From assembly GCA_965277715.1 (NCBI GenBank), contig OZ255836.1:3744001-3808000 (forward strand): 64,000 nt of DNA, read 5' to 3'. A model generated the notes under the pieces. It searched no databases and had not been told where the DNA came from. It saw only the letters and a list, made by a program, of their open reading frames with translations. This stretch comes from Gammaproteobacteria bacterium (GTDB lineage Bacteria > Pseudomonadota > Gammaproteobacteria > JBCCGL01). The stretch's first letter is position 1, and each line of letters begins with the position of its first letter. A program made the translations under genes and the position numbers. This document shows positions 21,163 to 30,381 of this stretch, in pieces.

Positions 21163-21214
21163 CCTATTGTCTGGGCTTATTATCCGGGTTTATTGCCTGG
21201 ATTTATTGTCCGGG
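21163..21214. repeat. Four degenerate 13-bp tandem direct repeats in a divergent promoter region
   Basis: cctattgtctggg cttattatccggg tttattgcctgga tttattgtccggg. Confidence 0.75.
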
Positions 21215-21391
21215 CCGGACTATACATGAAATGTTATATTTTTTTAAAAGTCTGTATAGTTATCCCAGGCTAACCGTAATATTCATCAGATTCTGATGAA
21301 ACTGATAAGCAACGGAAGGTCGGCTGTACAATTTCATTCGCTATAGACATTCACCAATACCCAGAATTATTTACGCTGTGGAGGCATCATA

Positions 21392-22972
21392 ATGAAAACC
21401 AGATTGATTGCGGCAACTGCTGCGGCTCTGCTCGCGGGCACCGCGCAGGCAAAAACGCTCGTTTTTTGCTCGGAGGGCTCACCCGAAGGGTTTACACCCG
21501 CACTGTATACAGCAGGTACAACGTTTGACGCCTCTTCGCGTCAGATCTTTAACAAACTGGTCGAGTTCGACAACGGCACCACCAATATCATCCCCGGCCT
21601 GGCCGAGAGCTGGCAGGTTTCAGACGACGGCCTGGAATATACGTTTACCCTACGCAAAGGGGTTAAATGGCACACGACCAAAGACTTTACCCCCAGCCGG
21701 GATTTTAATGCCGACGACGTATTGTTTTCGTTTAACCGGCAGTTTTTGAAAGATAACCCGTTTCACAGTGTATCAGGGGGGACCTATGAGTACTTCAACG
21801 GCATGTCGATGCCCGATCTGTTGAAAAAAGTGGAAAAAGTTGACGAACATACCGTTAAGTTTGTTTTAAACCGGCCTGAAGCACCGATGATCGCCAACCT
21901 GGCGATGGATTTTGCCTCAATTCATTCGGCGGAGTACGCGGACAATATGGCCGCCGCCGGTACACTGGATAAATTTGACCAGAACCCGGTTGGCACCGGC
22001 CCTTTTCAAATGGTTGCCTATCAAAAAGACGCCTTTATCCGCTACAAGGCACACCCGGACTACTGGCGCGGTAAAGCGGCTATCGATGACCTGGTGTTTG
22101 CCATTACCCCGGATGCCTCGGTGCGCTACCAGAAGCTAAAAGCGGGTGAATGCCATGTAATGCCTTATCCCAACCCCGCTGATATCAGTGCAATGCGCGA
22201 AGATGCGGCGGTTAACTTACTCAGCCAGGAAGGGCTGAATGTGGGCTACCTGGCCTATAACAGCAAAGTGGCACCGTTCGATAACCCGAAAGTCCGCAAA
22301 GCGCTGAACCAGGCGATCAATAAAAACGCGATTATCGATGCCGTCTTTCAGGGCGCTGGAAAAGTGGCCAAAAACCCGATTCCGCCGACTATCTGGTCGT
22401 ATAACGAAGCCACCGTTGACGATAGCTACGACCCGGTCGCCGCCAAAGCGGCACTGACCGCAGAGGGCGTCAGCGACCTGAAAATGAAAGTGTGGGCAAT
22501 GCCGGTACAGCGCCCTTACAACCCCAATGCACGGCGTATGGCCGAGCTGATCCAGGCGGACTTTGGCAAAGTGGGTGTCGATGTGGAAATCATCTCCTAT
22601 GAATGGGGTGAGTACCTCAAACGCTCCAAAGACCTCGATCGCGATGGCGCGGTACTACTAGGCTGGACGGGTGATAACGGTGACCCGGATAACTTCCTGG
22701 CGGTACTGCTCGGTTGTGATGGCGTGGGTGGTTCAAACCGTGCGCAATGGTGTCATCAACCGTTTGAAGACCTGATCCAGAAGGCCAAAGTGGTTTCAGA
22801 CCCGGCTGAGCGCACCGCGCTTTACGAACAGGCGCAAACGGTCTTCAAAGAGCAGGCGCCGTGGGCGACGATTGCACACTCGGTGGTATTTAAGCCGATT
22901 CGCAAAGAAGTCACCGGGTTTAAAATTGATCCGTTTGGTGGGCACGTTTTCTACGGTGTCGATCTAAAATAA
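21392..22972 (+). CDS. dppA: Dipeptide ABC transporter substrate-binding protein
   Basis: KTLVFCSEGSPEGF, GLAESW, AMPVQRPYNPN, GWTGDNGDPDNF. Confidence 0.95.
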   Translation: MKTRLIAATAAALLAGTAQAKTLVFCSEGSPEGFTPALYTAGTTFDASSRQIFNKLVEFDNGTTNIIPGLAESWQVSDDGLEYTFTLRKGVKWHTTKDFTPSRDFNADDVLFSFNRQFLKDNPFHSVSGGTYEYFNGMSMPDLLKKVEKVDEHTVKFVLNRPEAPMIANLAMDFASIHSAEYADNMAAAGTLDKFDQNPVGTGPFQMVAYQKDAFIRYKAHPDYWRGKAAIDDLVFAITPDASVRYQKLKAGECHVMPYPNPADISAMREDAAVNLLSQEGLNVGYLAYNSKVAPFDNPKVRKALNQAINKNAIIDAVFQGAGKVAKNPIPPTIWSYNEATVDDSYDPVAAKAALTAEGVSDLKMKVWAMPVQRPYNPNARRMAELIQADFGKVGVDVEIISYEWGEYLKRSKDLDRDGAVLLGWTGDNGDPDNFLAVLLGCDGVGGSNRAQWCHQPFEDLIQKAKVVSDPAERTALYEQAQTVFKEQAPWATIAHSVVFKPIRKEVTGFKIDPFGGHVFYGVDLK

Positions 22973-22987
22973 CTGTCTTTCTGTTAC

Positions 22988-23012
22988 GCCCCTTGCGCAC
23001 TGCGCAAGGGGC
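22988..23012 (+). other. Intercistronic stem-loop after dppA
   Basis: gccccttgcgca-c-tgcgcaaggggc perfect inverted repeat. Confidence 0.7.
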
Positions 23013-23040
23013 TTTATTGGCGCACAACCTGCCTGCCTGA

Positions 23041-24051
23041 ATGTTCAAATTCTTACTTAATAAACTGGCGTTGATAATACCGACGTTTATCGGCGTTACC
23101 ATCGCCGCTTTTGCCTTTATCCGCCTGCTACCGGGCGATCCTATTTTATTGTTGGCCGGTGAACGTGGCGTCAGTGCTGAGCGCCGTGCAGAGCTTGAAT
23201 CTGTATTTGGATTTGACCGGCCATTGTGGGAGCAGTACTTTCGTTTTCTCGGTGATTTATTGCACGGTGATCTCGGCGTTTCCATCGTCACCAAAACCCC
23301 CGTGCTCGAAGAGTTTCTGGCGCGCTTTCCCGCCACGGTCGAACTGTCGGTGATCGCGATGATTTTTGCCACGCTGATCGGTTTGCCTGCGGGCATTATC
23401 GCCGCAGTACGGCGTGGCTCAATGTTTGATCACACCGTGATGGGTATTTCACTCACCGGTTACTCCATGCCGATTTTCTGGTGGGGCCTGCTACTGATTA
23501 TTTTTTTCTCCGGCACGTTGGGCTGGACACCCGTTTCCGGGCGTATGTCATTTCTATTCTTTTTTGAACCGGTCACCGGGTTTATGTTGATCGACTCATT
23601 GCTCGCCGATCAGGCGGGTGCGTTTAAATCGGCGGTGTCGCATTTAATCCTGCCTTCAGTGGTGCTCGGCACCATTCCCCTGGCGGTAATCGCCCGGCAA
23701 ACCCGCTCTTCCATGCTGGAAGTCTTGAACGAAGACTATGTGCGTACAGCGCGGGCCAAAGGCTTATCACCGTTTCGCGTGGTCGCTGTGCACGCATTGC
23801 GCAATGCCCTGATAACGGTGATCACGGTAATTGGTTTACAGGTGGGGGTGTTGATGGCCGGGGCGATACTGACCGAAACTATTTTTGCCTGGCCCGGTAT
23901 CGGTAAATGGATGATTGATTCTATTTTTCGCCGCGACTACCCGGCTGTGCAGGGTGGTTTATTACTGATTGCCTCGATTGTGATGGTGGTCAATTTACTC
24001 GTCGATCTGACCTATGGCCTGGTCAATCCACGCATTCGGCGGGAATCCTGA
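23041..24051 (+). CDS. dppB: Dipeptide ABC permease
   Basis: LPGDP, YVRTARAKGL, HALRNA. Confidence 0.95.
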   Translation: MFKFLLNKLALIIPTFIGVTIAAFAFIRLLPGDPILLLAGERGVSAERRAELESVFGFDRPLWEQYFRFLGDLLHGDLGVSIVTKTPVLEEFLARFPATVELSVIAMIFATLIGLPAGIIAAVRRGSMFDHTVMGISLTGYSMPIFWWGLLLIIFFSGTLGWTPVSGRMSFLFFFEPVTGFMLIDSLLADQAGAFKSAVSHLILPSVVLGTIPLAVIARQTRSSMLEVLNEDYVRTARAKGLSPFRVVAVHALRNALITVITVIGLQVGVLMAGAILTETIFAWPGIGKWMIDSIFRRDYPAVQGGLLLIASIVMVVNLLVDLTYGLVNPRIRRES

Positions 24052-24953
24052 TGGCAGCCTCGACAGCAGATACCCTGGCGGTGGGCACTTTTGGTCACAG
24101 TGTGCGCGAGTTTTGGCGTTATTTCCGGGAAAACCCGGGGGCTGTGGCGGGCCTGTATTTTCTATTGATCGTATTCTTCCTGGCCTTGTTTGCCGATGTG
24201 ATTGCACCCTACGACCCCACCGAGCAAAACCGTGATGCTTTATTGCAAGCGCCTGTCTGGCAGGAGGGGGGGAGTTGGGATTATATCCTCGGCTCTGATG
24301 CGGTGGGCCGGGATCTGTTGTCGCGCATAATTTATGGGGCGCGCTTTTCGCTGTTTATCGGCGCGGTAGTGGTCACCCTGTCGATGGGTGCCGGGATTAT
24401 GCTGGGGCTGCTCGCCGGTTATTTTCGTGGCCGTATGGAAACGGTGATTATGCGGGTGATGGATGTGATTCTGGCGTTTCCCAGTTTACTGTTGGCGCTG
24501 GGTCTGGTGGCTATTTTAGGCCCGGCGATGATCAATGCGATGATTGCCATTGCCATCGTGTTATTGCCGCATTTTGTGCGCCTGACACGCGCCAACGTGA
24601 TTATCGAAAAAGACAAGGAATACGTTATCGCCAGCCGCCTCGCCGGGGCAGGTCACAGCCGCCTGATGATTAACACCATTTTGCCAAACTGCATGGCACC
24701 ACTGATTGTGCAGGCGACATTATCATTCTCAACCGCGATTCTGGACGCCGCCGCGCTCGGTTTTCTCGGTATGGGCGCGCAGCCCCCCACCCCGGAATGG
24801 GGCGCGATGCTCGCCGAAGCACGCGAGTTCATCCTGCGCGCTTGGTGGGTGGTGACGTTTCCCGGTTTGGCTATTCTGCTCACCGTATTATCGATCAACC
24901 TAATGGGGGATGGGTTGCGTGATGCCCTCGACCCAAAAATGAAGCGTTCCTGA
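24051..24953 (+). CDS. dppC: Dipeptide ABC permease
   Basis: LGSDAVGRD, PPTPEWG, GDGLRDALDP. Confidence 0.95.
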   Translation: MAASTADTLAVGTFGHSVREFWRYFRENPGAVAGLYFLLIVFFLALFADVIAPYDPTEQNRDALLQAPVWQEGGSWDYILGSDAVGRDLLSRIIYGARFSLFIGAVVVTLSMGAGIMLGLLAGYFRGRMETVIMRVMDVILAFPSLLLALGLVAILGPAMINAMIAIAIVLLPHFVRLTRANVIIEKDKEYVIASRLAGAGHSRLMINTILPNCMAPLIVQATLSFSTAILDAAALGFLGMGAQPPTPEWGAMLAEAREFILRAWWVVTFPGLAILLTVLSINLMGDGLRDALDPKMKRS

Positions 24954-24956
24954 AAC

Positions 24957-25994
24957 ATGGCACTGTTATCGATAAAAAACCTCAGCGTGCGCTTTAAAAC
25001 CGCCAGTGGTTTATTCAGTGCGGTAGAGAATGTATCGCTCGATGTGGAAAGCGGTGAAGTAGTGGCGATTGTGGGCGAATCGGGCTCAGGCAAATCGGTG
25101 GCGATGTTGGCACTGATGGGGCTATTGCCGTGGACAGCCCAGGTTACCGCTGATGCCATGTTGTTCGATGGTGTAGCGTTAAACACACTACCGGCAAAAG
25201 CCCGCCGCGCTTTAAACGGTGGGGCAATGTCGATGATATTTCAGGAGCCGATGACCAGCCTGAACCCGTGTTTTACGGTTGGCGCTCAAATTGATGAAAT
25301 GATCCGTATCCATCAGGGTGGTAATCGCAAACAGCGTAAACAACATACCCTCGACTTACTGGCGCAAGTGGGCATTCCCGATCCTAAAAAACGTTACGGT
25401 GACTACCCGCACCAAATGTCTGGTGGTATGAGTCAACGGGTGATGATCGCGATGGCGATAGCCTGCTCGCCGCGTTTGTTAATTGCCGATGAGCCGACCA
25501 CTGCGCTCGATGTCACCATCCAGGCGCAAATCCTCGACCTGTTATTGTCATTGCAAACCAGCCACGATATGGCGTTGATTCTGATCACCCACGATATGGG
25601 CGTGGTCGCCGAGACAGCCCACCGTGTTGCCGTGCAGTACGCAGGCCAGCAGGTGGAGATGCAGCCGGTGGTAGACTTATTCGATCGGCCACGCCACCCC
25701 TATACCGCCGCGTTATTATCCGCATTGCCGGAGCGGGCGGGGAGTGACGCCCGCCTGCCGACGATTCCGGGAGTAGTACCGGGGCAGTTTGATCGCCCCC
25801 AGGGGTGTTTATTTAATCCGCGATGCGCCTTTGCCGATGTGCAGTGTCGGGATACCCACCCGCAGGTGGCTGAGGGCGATACAACCCTGGCACTGTGCCA
25901 CTACCCATTGGTTGATGGCGTACTGAGTCGTGGCGCATCAGGTGATAGCGTATTGGAGCAGGCGGTAAAGGAGGCACAATGCGCGGCGAAGTGA
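24957..25994 (+). CDS. dppD: Dipeptide ABC ATP-binding protein
   Basis: [25 protein letters not shown]-terminal Cys motif. Confidence 0.95.
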   Translation: MALLSIKNLSVRFKTASGLFSAVENVSLDVESGEVVAIVGESGSGKSVAMLALMGLLPWTAQVTADAMLFDGVALNTLPAKARRALNGGAMSMIFQEPMTSLNPCFTVGAQIDEMIRIHQGGNRKQRKQHTLDLLAQVGIPDPKKRYGDYPHQMSGGMSQRVMIAMAIACSPRLLIADEPTTALDVTIQAQILDLLLSLQTSHDMALILITHDMGVVAETAHRVAVQYAGQQVEMQPVVDLFDRPRHPYTAALLSALPERAGSDARLPTIPGVVPGQFDRPQGCLFNPRCAFADVQCRDTHPQVAEGDTTLALCHYPLVDGVLSRGASGDSVLEQAVKEAQCAAK

Positions 25995-26953
25995 TCTTGC
26001 GGGCGCACCAGCTAACCCGTTATTACACCATCAAAAGAGGCATATTTAGTGGCAGTGCAACGGTTAAAGCACTGAACGGCGCTACTTTTTCAGTGCGTGC
26101 AGGTGAAACACTCGCGGTTGTTGGCGAGAGCGGTTGTGGAAAATCGACGCTGGCGCGTGTGCTTACCATGATAGAACCGCCCAGCAGCGGTTCATTGGAA
26201 ATTGAAGGTCAACTGATAACCCTGGTCGATGGCAAGCCGCCCAGCGCCTTGCGTGAACGCGTGCAAATTGTTTTTCAAAACCCCTACGGCTCGTTAAACC
26301 CACGCAAAACGGTTGCGGCCATGCTTGAAGAGCCACTTAAACTAAACACCACCCTCGATACCACACAACGACGCACAGCGGCGCAGGATATGCTGGCCAA
26401 AGTGGGTTTGCGGCCAGAGCATATAGACCGTTATCCGCATATGTTTTCTGGTGGCCAGCGCCAGCGCATTGCGATTGCACGCGCTTTGATGCTGCGCCCG
26501 AAGCTACTGATCCTCGATGAGCCGGTCTCTGCGCTCGATCTCTCCATTCAGGCACAGATACTGAACTTATTGAGTGATTTGCAGGATGAATTTGGCCTTG
26601 CGTATATCTTTATTTCGCACGACCTGTCCGTGGTGCGCCGCATCGCCGACGATATCATCGTCATGTATTTTGGTAAGCCGGTTGAGTCCGGGTCGGCTCA
26701 AGCTATCTTTACCCATCCCAAACACCCTTACACACAAGCCCTGTTTTCCGCGACGCCGATTGCTGACCCCAAACAGCGCAAGCAGCGAATCCAACTGACC
26801 GGGGAGCCGCCATCACCCCTGGCACCGCCGCCGGGGTGCGCTTTTGCACCGCGCTGCCCGCGTGGCCAGGATAACTGTCGGCAATCAGAACCCACGCTGG
26901 AACCAATAGGTGATGCAACGGTTGCCTGCTGGTATCCGGTTAAAGTGTCCTGA
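25979..26953 (+). CDS. dppF: Dipeptide ABC ATP-binding protein
   Basis: GESGCGKST, YPHMFSGGQRQR. Confidence 0.93.
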   Translation: MRGEVILRAHQLTRYYTIKRGIFSGSATVKALNGATFSVRAGETLAVVGESGCGKSTLARVLTMIEPPSSGSLEIEGQLITLVDGKPPSALRERVQIVFQNPYGSLNPRKTVAAMLEEPLKLNTTLDTTQRRTAAQDMLAKVGLRPEHIDRYPHMFSGGQRQRIAIARALMLRPKLLILDEPVSALDLSIQAQILNLLSDLQDEFGLAYIFISHDLSVVRRIADDIIVMYFGKPVESGSAQAIFTHPKHPYTQALFSATPIADPKQRKQRIQLTGEPPSPLAPPPGCAFAPRCPRGQDNCRQSEPTLEPIGDATVACWYPVKVS

Positions 26954-26965
26954 AGCTCTCTGTCT

Positions 26966-27403
26966 ATGTCGTACCACTTGGCACAGCTCAATATTGCAAA
27001 GATGAAATACGCGATTGAGTCAGCGGAAATGGCAGACTTTGTCGCCAACCTGGATAGAATAAATACACTTGCGGAATCATCGCCGGGTTTTGTCTGGCGT
27101 TTGCAGACAGCGGCGGGTGATGCAACCGGCATCCGTGTTTTTGGTGACGATATCCTGGTTAACATGAGCGTGTGGGTGGATGTTGAATCACTGCACAACT
27201 ATACCTACCGCACGGCGCATACCGAGATAATGCGCCAGCGGAAAGCGTGGTTTCAACGCATGGATGAGGCTTATAGCGTGTTGTGGTGGGTGCCCTGTGG
27301 GCAGATGCCCACACTTGATGAAGCGAAGCAAAGATTGGAACAGTTGAACAGTGACGGGCCAACTGCACGGGCGTTTACATTTAAAAAGGTTTTTTCAGTT
27401 TAA
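26966..27403 (+). CDS. DUF3291 domain protein
   Basis: YHLAQLNIA, SPGFVWR, NMSVW, GPTARAFTFK. Confidence 0.88.
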   Translation: MSYHLAQLNIAKMKYAIESAEMADFVANLDRINTLAESSPGFVWRLQTAAGDATGIRVFGDDILVNMSVWVDVESLHNYTYRTAHTEIMRQRKAWFQRMDEAYSVLWWVPCGQMPTLDEAKQRLEQLNSDGPTARAFTFKKVFSV

Positions 27404-27540
27404 ACCAAGGTTCACCCGGTACAGTAGGTAGTAGAAAAAGGACATTATTTAGATGCCAACGACAGCGGAGGTATCTCCTAAAAGCGCTTTAGATTCAGTG
27501 CATTAGGTGGTCGCAGTAGATTCAACTGAGGAATTTAGGA

Positions 27541-27686
27541 TAATAGCGCCGTTCAATAGATGTCTCTGTCTTTAATGTTCTTTCGGACTCTACCATCGCT
27601 ATACCTGTCAAACCGGCCCACTCGCTCAACATAGGCAGCTTGTTAACAGACCTGGTAAACCAGCAGCGCCTTATTTCTTTGCGATT
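27541..27686 (-). pseudogene. ISAs1-family transposase fragment
   Basis: Minus frame reads RKEIRRCWFTRSVNKLPMLSEWAGLTGIAMVESERTLKTETSIERRYY, typical of ISAs1/H-repeat transposases. Confidence 0.7.
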
Positions 27687-27852
27687 CCTTTTCTTTATTG
27701 GTATCTGAAAGCTGAGGCTTGTGGTCTAAAGATGTGCCGATAAACTGCAATGAGCTGGAGATAAACTGTAGGGTATCAATGGGGTTGTCTTCGAGTACAG
27801 CTAGAATGGAGTGTTTGATTTCGTGTTGGTTTGGTTGGGTGATAGTGGGCAT
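27643..27852 (-). pseudogene. Small protein behind a structured leader, 3' end replaced by ISAs1 debris
   Basis: Good SD (aagagg); the C-terminal codons are out-of-frame ISAs1 sequence. Confidence 0.5.
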
Positions 27853-27859
27853 AACGACT

Positions 27860-28100
27860 TCCTCTTGATGATGGTATTTACACCGCCACTAAAGGTTGTG
27901 ATCCCCAGTGGTGGTAGATTGGATCGGGTCACAACAACCGCTCAAGAGACAACGGCCCATCCAAAGGTTTCCCAAAGGATAGCCCAATCCAACCTACCAT
28001 AGAGGCAGGTAGAACTTGACCAGAAGTGCAATGCACTTTTAGTCATTCTCTGATAAGCGGGGTTGTGAGGCCCGGCGTCGGATTTTGCTAACGCCGATAC
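27860..28100. ncRNA. ptaRNA1/type I TA-like structured leader and antisense RNA locus
   Basis: Long stem 27911-27929/27982-28000; anti-SD tcaagag 27942-27948 complementary to ctcttga 27862-27868; ggttgtga repeated at 27894 and 28061. Confidence 0.55.
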
Positions 28101-28128
28101 AGAATAACGCGGTATATAGCGTTGTCAA
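28101..28128 (-). promoter_or_regulatory. Sigma70-like promoter for the 27852 ORF leader
   Basis: TTGACA-N16-TATTCT on the minus strand. Confidence 0.55.
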
Positions 28129-28153
28129 CAGACCGTATTGATCGAATGTAATT

Positions 28154-28245
28154 TAACTATGCTTTGGTCTGGTTCACTGGATTAAGCGACAAGTACAAAT
28201 GGCTTACTGGCGGCAGTGGCGCAAGCCACTTACGATCTTGGTAGG
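28154..28245 (+). pseudogene. Group II intron RT/maturase (X-domain) fragment
   Basis: LCFGLVHWIKRQVQMAYWRQWRKPLT resembles the LDxWIRRRxRMxYWxQWRK thumb motif. Confidence 0.65.
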
Positions 28246-28402
28246 TATGGAGTTAGGCGGGCTATACTATCAAATCCCGGCTTTCACCCTGTTTCATAAT
28301 GTCGTACACCAGACTAAAAAATGCCGATATATTCTGTGGGTCTTTTGGCCGTGGATATGGTCTGAATGGAGCAGTGAACCTGAGTTTTTTTAAAGAAACG
28401 GT

Positions 28403-28432
28403 TTGTCAGGCAATGACTCAATGCCCTATACT
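28403..28432 (+). promoter_or_regulatory. Sigma70-like promoter for the DUF3800-associated RNA
   Basis: TTGTCA-N18-TATACT immediately 5' of the hairpins. Confidence 0.55.
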
Positions 28433-28438
28433 ACGAGC

Positions 28439-28505
28439 AAGTGGATTGGGAGTACCCGATCGGCGTCTAGGCTCTGATGTAACCATCGGAGCCTTTCGCT
28501 TTTCT
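28439..28505 (+). ncRNA. Candidate DUF3800-associated small RNA
   Basis: Hairpin gattggg-agta-cccgatc, hairpin aggctctgatg-taac-catcggagcct, then U-rich ttcgcttttct; ends about 25 nt from the DUF3800 stop codon, convergent. Confidence 0.65.
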
Positions 28506-28530
28506 GGGGTTTGTATTGATTGTATCGAGA

Positions 28531-29292
28531 TCAAGGGAAGCATTTCAGTCCATATCCATCGTAACTACTCGCTGAATTCTCACTGCCGTTTTTACGGTAA
28601 AGTTTCCTCTCCAGAATTTCAAATGCTCTATTCTTTTGTTCAGGCCGAATGACGTGTAAACCAATGGGTCTGGCCACCAAATCCGCCAACTGTAAACCGC
28701 AAGAATTGGTTTTCTTATCAGCGAAAATCAATTCAAAAAACCAGCGTTGATTTCGGCGGTTATGATCGTCACAAACATGGCGAAATTCCAGTTCCAGCTC
28801 GTCGTCTTCTTTTTTACCACGGTTCTCTACCACAATATGAGTCAGTAAGCGGTGCTGGTTTTTTTCCTGTAGTAAAGAATACAAATTCTCCAGGCAAAAT
28901 TGAAGCGCAATGTGGTAGGGGTTTTGAGGGCTTTGGTATGTACCCGCCAAACGCCGCTTATCAATCGCCACACTGATAATGGCAAAGTTATGCCGCTCTA
29001 TAATATTGCCTAGTTCCTCCATAAAGGCTTTCTTGATCTCGCGGTTAAGAAAATTGAAACCGTTTTTCTCTTTGCGAATATCGTGCTCGTGCAGCACCAA
29101 CATATCGTGACCAAAATGGCGAAATTTGAATTGTGTTAAAGCTGTGCTGATAGACTCGGCATAGTGTTGTTTATGAAAAACACAAAAGGCCAGCACAAAT
29201 ACCGGGTATTCCAGATTAATACTCGACAGACTATGGTCGCCGCTCTCGTCAACATAGACAATGTAGTTACTCCATTGATGGTCAGTGCTCAT
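28531..29292 (-). CDS. DUF3800 domain protein (RNase H-like fold)
   Basis: N-terminal YIVYVDESGD, PVFVLAF, LHEHDIR, C-terminal GLQLADLVARPIG. Confidence 0.85.
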   Translation of the reverse strand: MSTDHQWSNYIVYVDESGDHSLSSINLEYPVFVLAFCVFHKQHYAESISTALTQFKFRHFGHDMLVLHEHDIRKEKNGFNFLNREIKKAFMEELGNIIERHNFAIISVAIDKRRLAGTYQSPQNPYHIALQFCLENLYSLLQEKNQHRLLTHIVVENRGKKEDDELELEFRHVCDDHNRRNQRWFFELIFADKKTNSCGLQLADLVARPIGLHVIRPEQKNRAFEILERKLYRKNGSENSASSYDGYGLKCFP

Positions 29293-29477
29293 ACAGCCAT
29301 TTTCTTATAGTTTCTAACATCGATTTTGCCGGTGACCGCACTGATTAGGGCAGTTTGGTGTTAATGGTTTACGTAATTGGATCAAACATTACTATCCTGA
29401 GTGAAGTACCTATCCCTGTGCAAACCCTCATGTAGGGTGTTGTTGGGGTAGGAAGCTAGATATCACCAGTTACTCGA

Positions 29478-29937
29478 TTAGGTCATTATTAATTTAGGTG
29501 TATCTTTTTGATCTTCTGGAACACTATGCGGATACGTTTTCTCAATTGAGGTTCCCAATATTTCATGCACAGCCTTTTGCACATTCTCAATAGCTTGAGG
29601 TGCCACAGCTAGACCTCCTAAGATTGTCGATACGATCACCAAACCACCAACAATTTTTTTCCATTTAGGAGTTTTTTCGGCTAGCTCCAGTCTAATATCT
29701 TCTAGATACTCAATAACTTTGGCTCTTGTCTCTGGGCCAACATCAGGTGAGGATGAAACAATGTTCAATGTGTTTTCGATATAAAGGTTGATTGACTCAA
29801 TGTCTATATTAGCTGGTTTAAACACCTCATCATCGCTAAGTTGTTTGGCCTCATACATATCCTTAACCTCTTTCGCTAGAGGAATAAGTCGGTTTAAACC
29901 AACTAATATCTGAGATAACGATACATCAAAATCTTTG
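29478..29937 (-). pseudogene. 5'-truncated AT-rich hypothetical gene
   Basis: The first 27 or so codons of the 180-aa ORF come from a GC-richer structured element; the rest is AT-rich with a hydrophobic helix (WKKIVGGLVIVSTILGGLAV). Confidence 0.45.
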
Positions 29938-30070
29938 GACGTGACGCTCGACAGCGGGTAAGGTGTGGCGTCAGTAGGAAGTTGCCCGTCGTGTCGCCTG
30001 TTTACGACCAACATAGGCATGGACTAATAGGAGGAAGTGCCTCCCAAGTGCCGGAGTTCATTATAATCTC
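29938..30070 (-). mobile_element. Probable orphan IS110-family left non-coding end
   Basis: Starts gagatTATAATg; stems ggagg/cctcc and tgacgc/gcgtca; recognised from memory of IS110 left ends, not verified by search. Confidence 0.45.
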
Positions 30071-30101
30071 AAAAACGGGAATAACACCGAGCTATTTTCG
30101 T

Positions 30102-30374
30102 CTACGCTGTTGGCCGTAAGCTGTCACCCGCTATGTTATTGATTAAAGCGTATTCCGCAACCCGCACGGGCCGTTCAATGGCAAAATGCTTTCGGTGAAG
30201 TTTAATCCGTTCTATTTCGTGCAAGGTATCCGCTGTTAAATAACTCTCTCCACATTGCGTACAGTTGACTACGGGCACATTTTCAATGACGAGAAGTTGA
30301 TCGTCCTTACCATAGCTTCGGGATGTTTTTCGAACGGTTGCACCTTCTTCCCCACAAAGATCACAAACAATCAT
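30102..30374 (-). CDS. YgiT/MqsA-type zinc-finger antitoxin (no HTH)
   Basis: MIVCDLCG...VIENVPVVNCTQCGESY. Confidence 0.85.
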   Translation of the reverse strand: MIVCDLCGEEGATVRKTSRSYGKDDQLLVIENVPVVNCTQCGESYLTADTLHEIERIKLHRKHFAIERPVRVAEYALINNIAGDSLRPTA

Positions 30375-30381
30375 CAATTCT

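Noticed and set aside
28299-28652. 117-aa + strand ORF
   Set aside because: Runs through the promoter, RNA hairpins and antisense of DUF3800; no recognisable motifs
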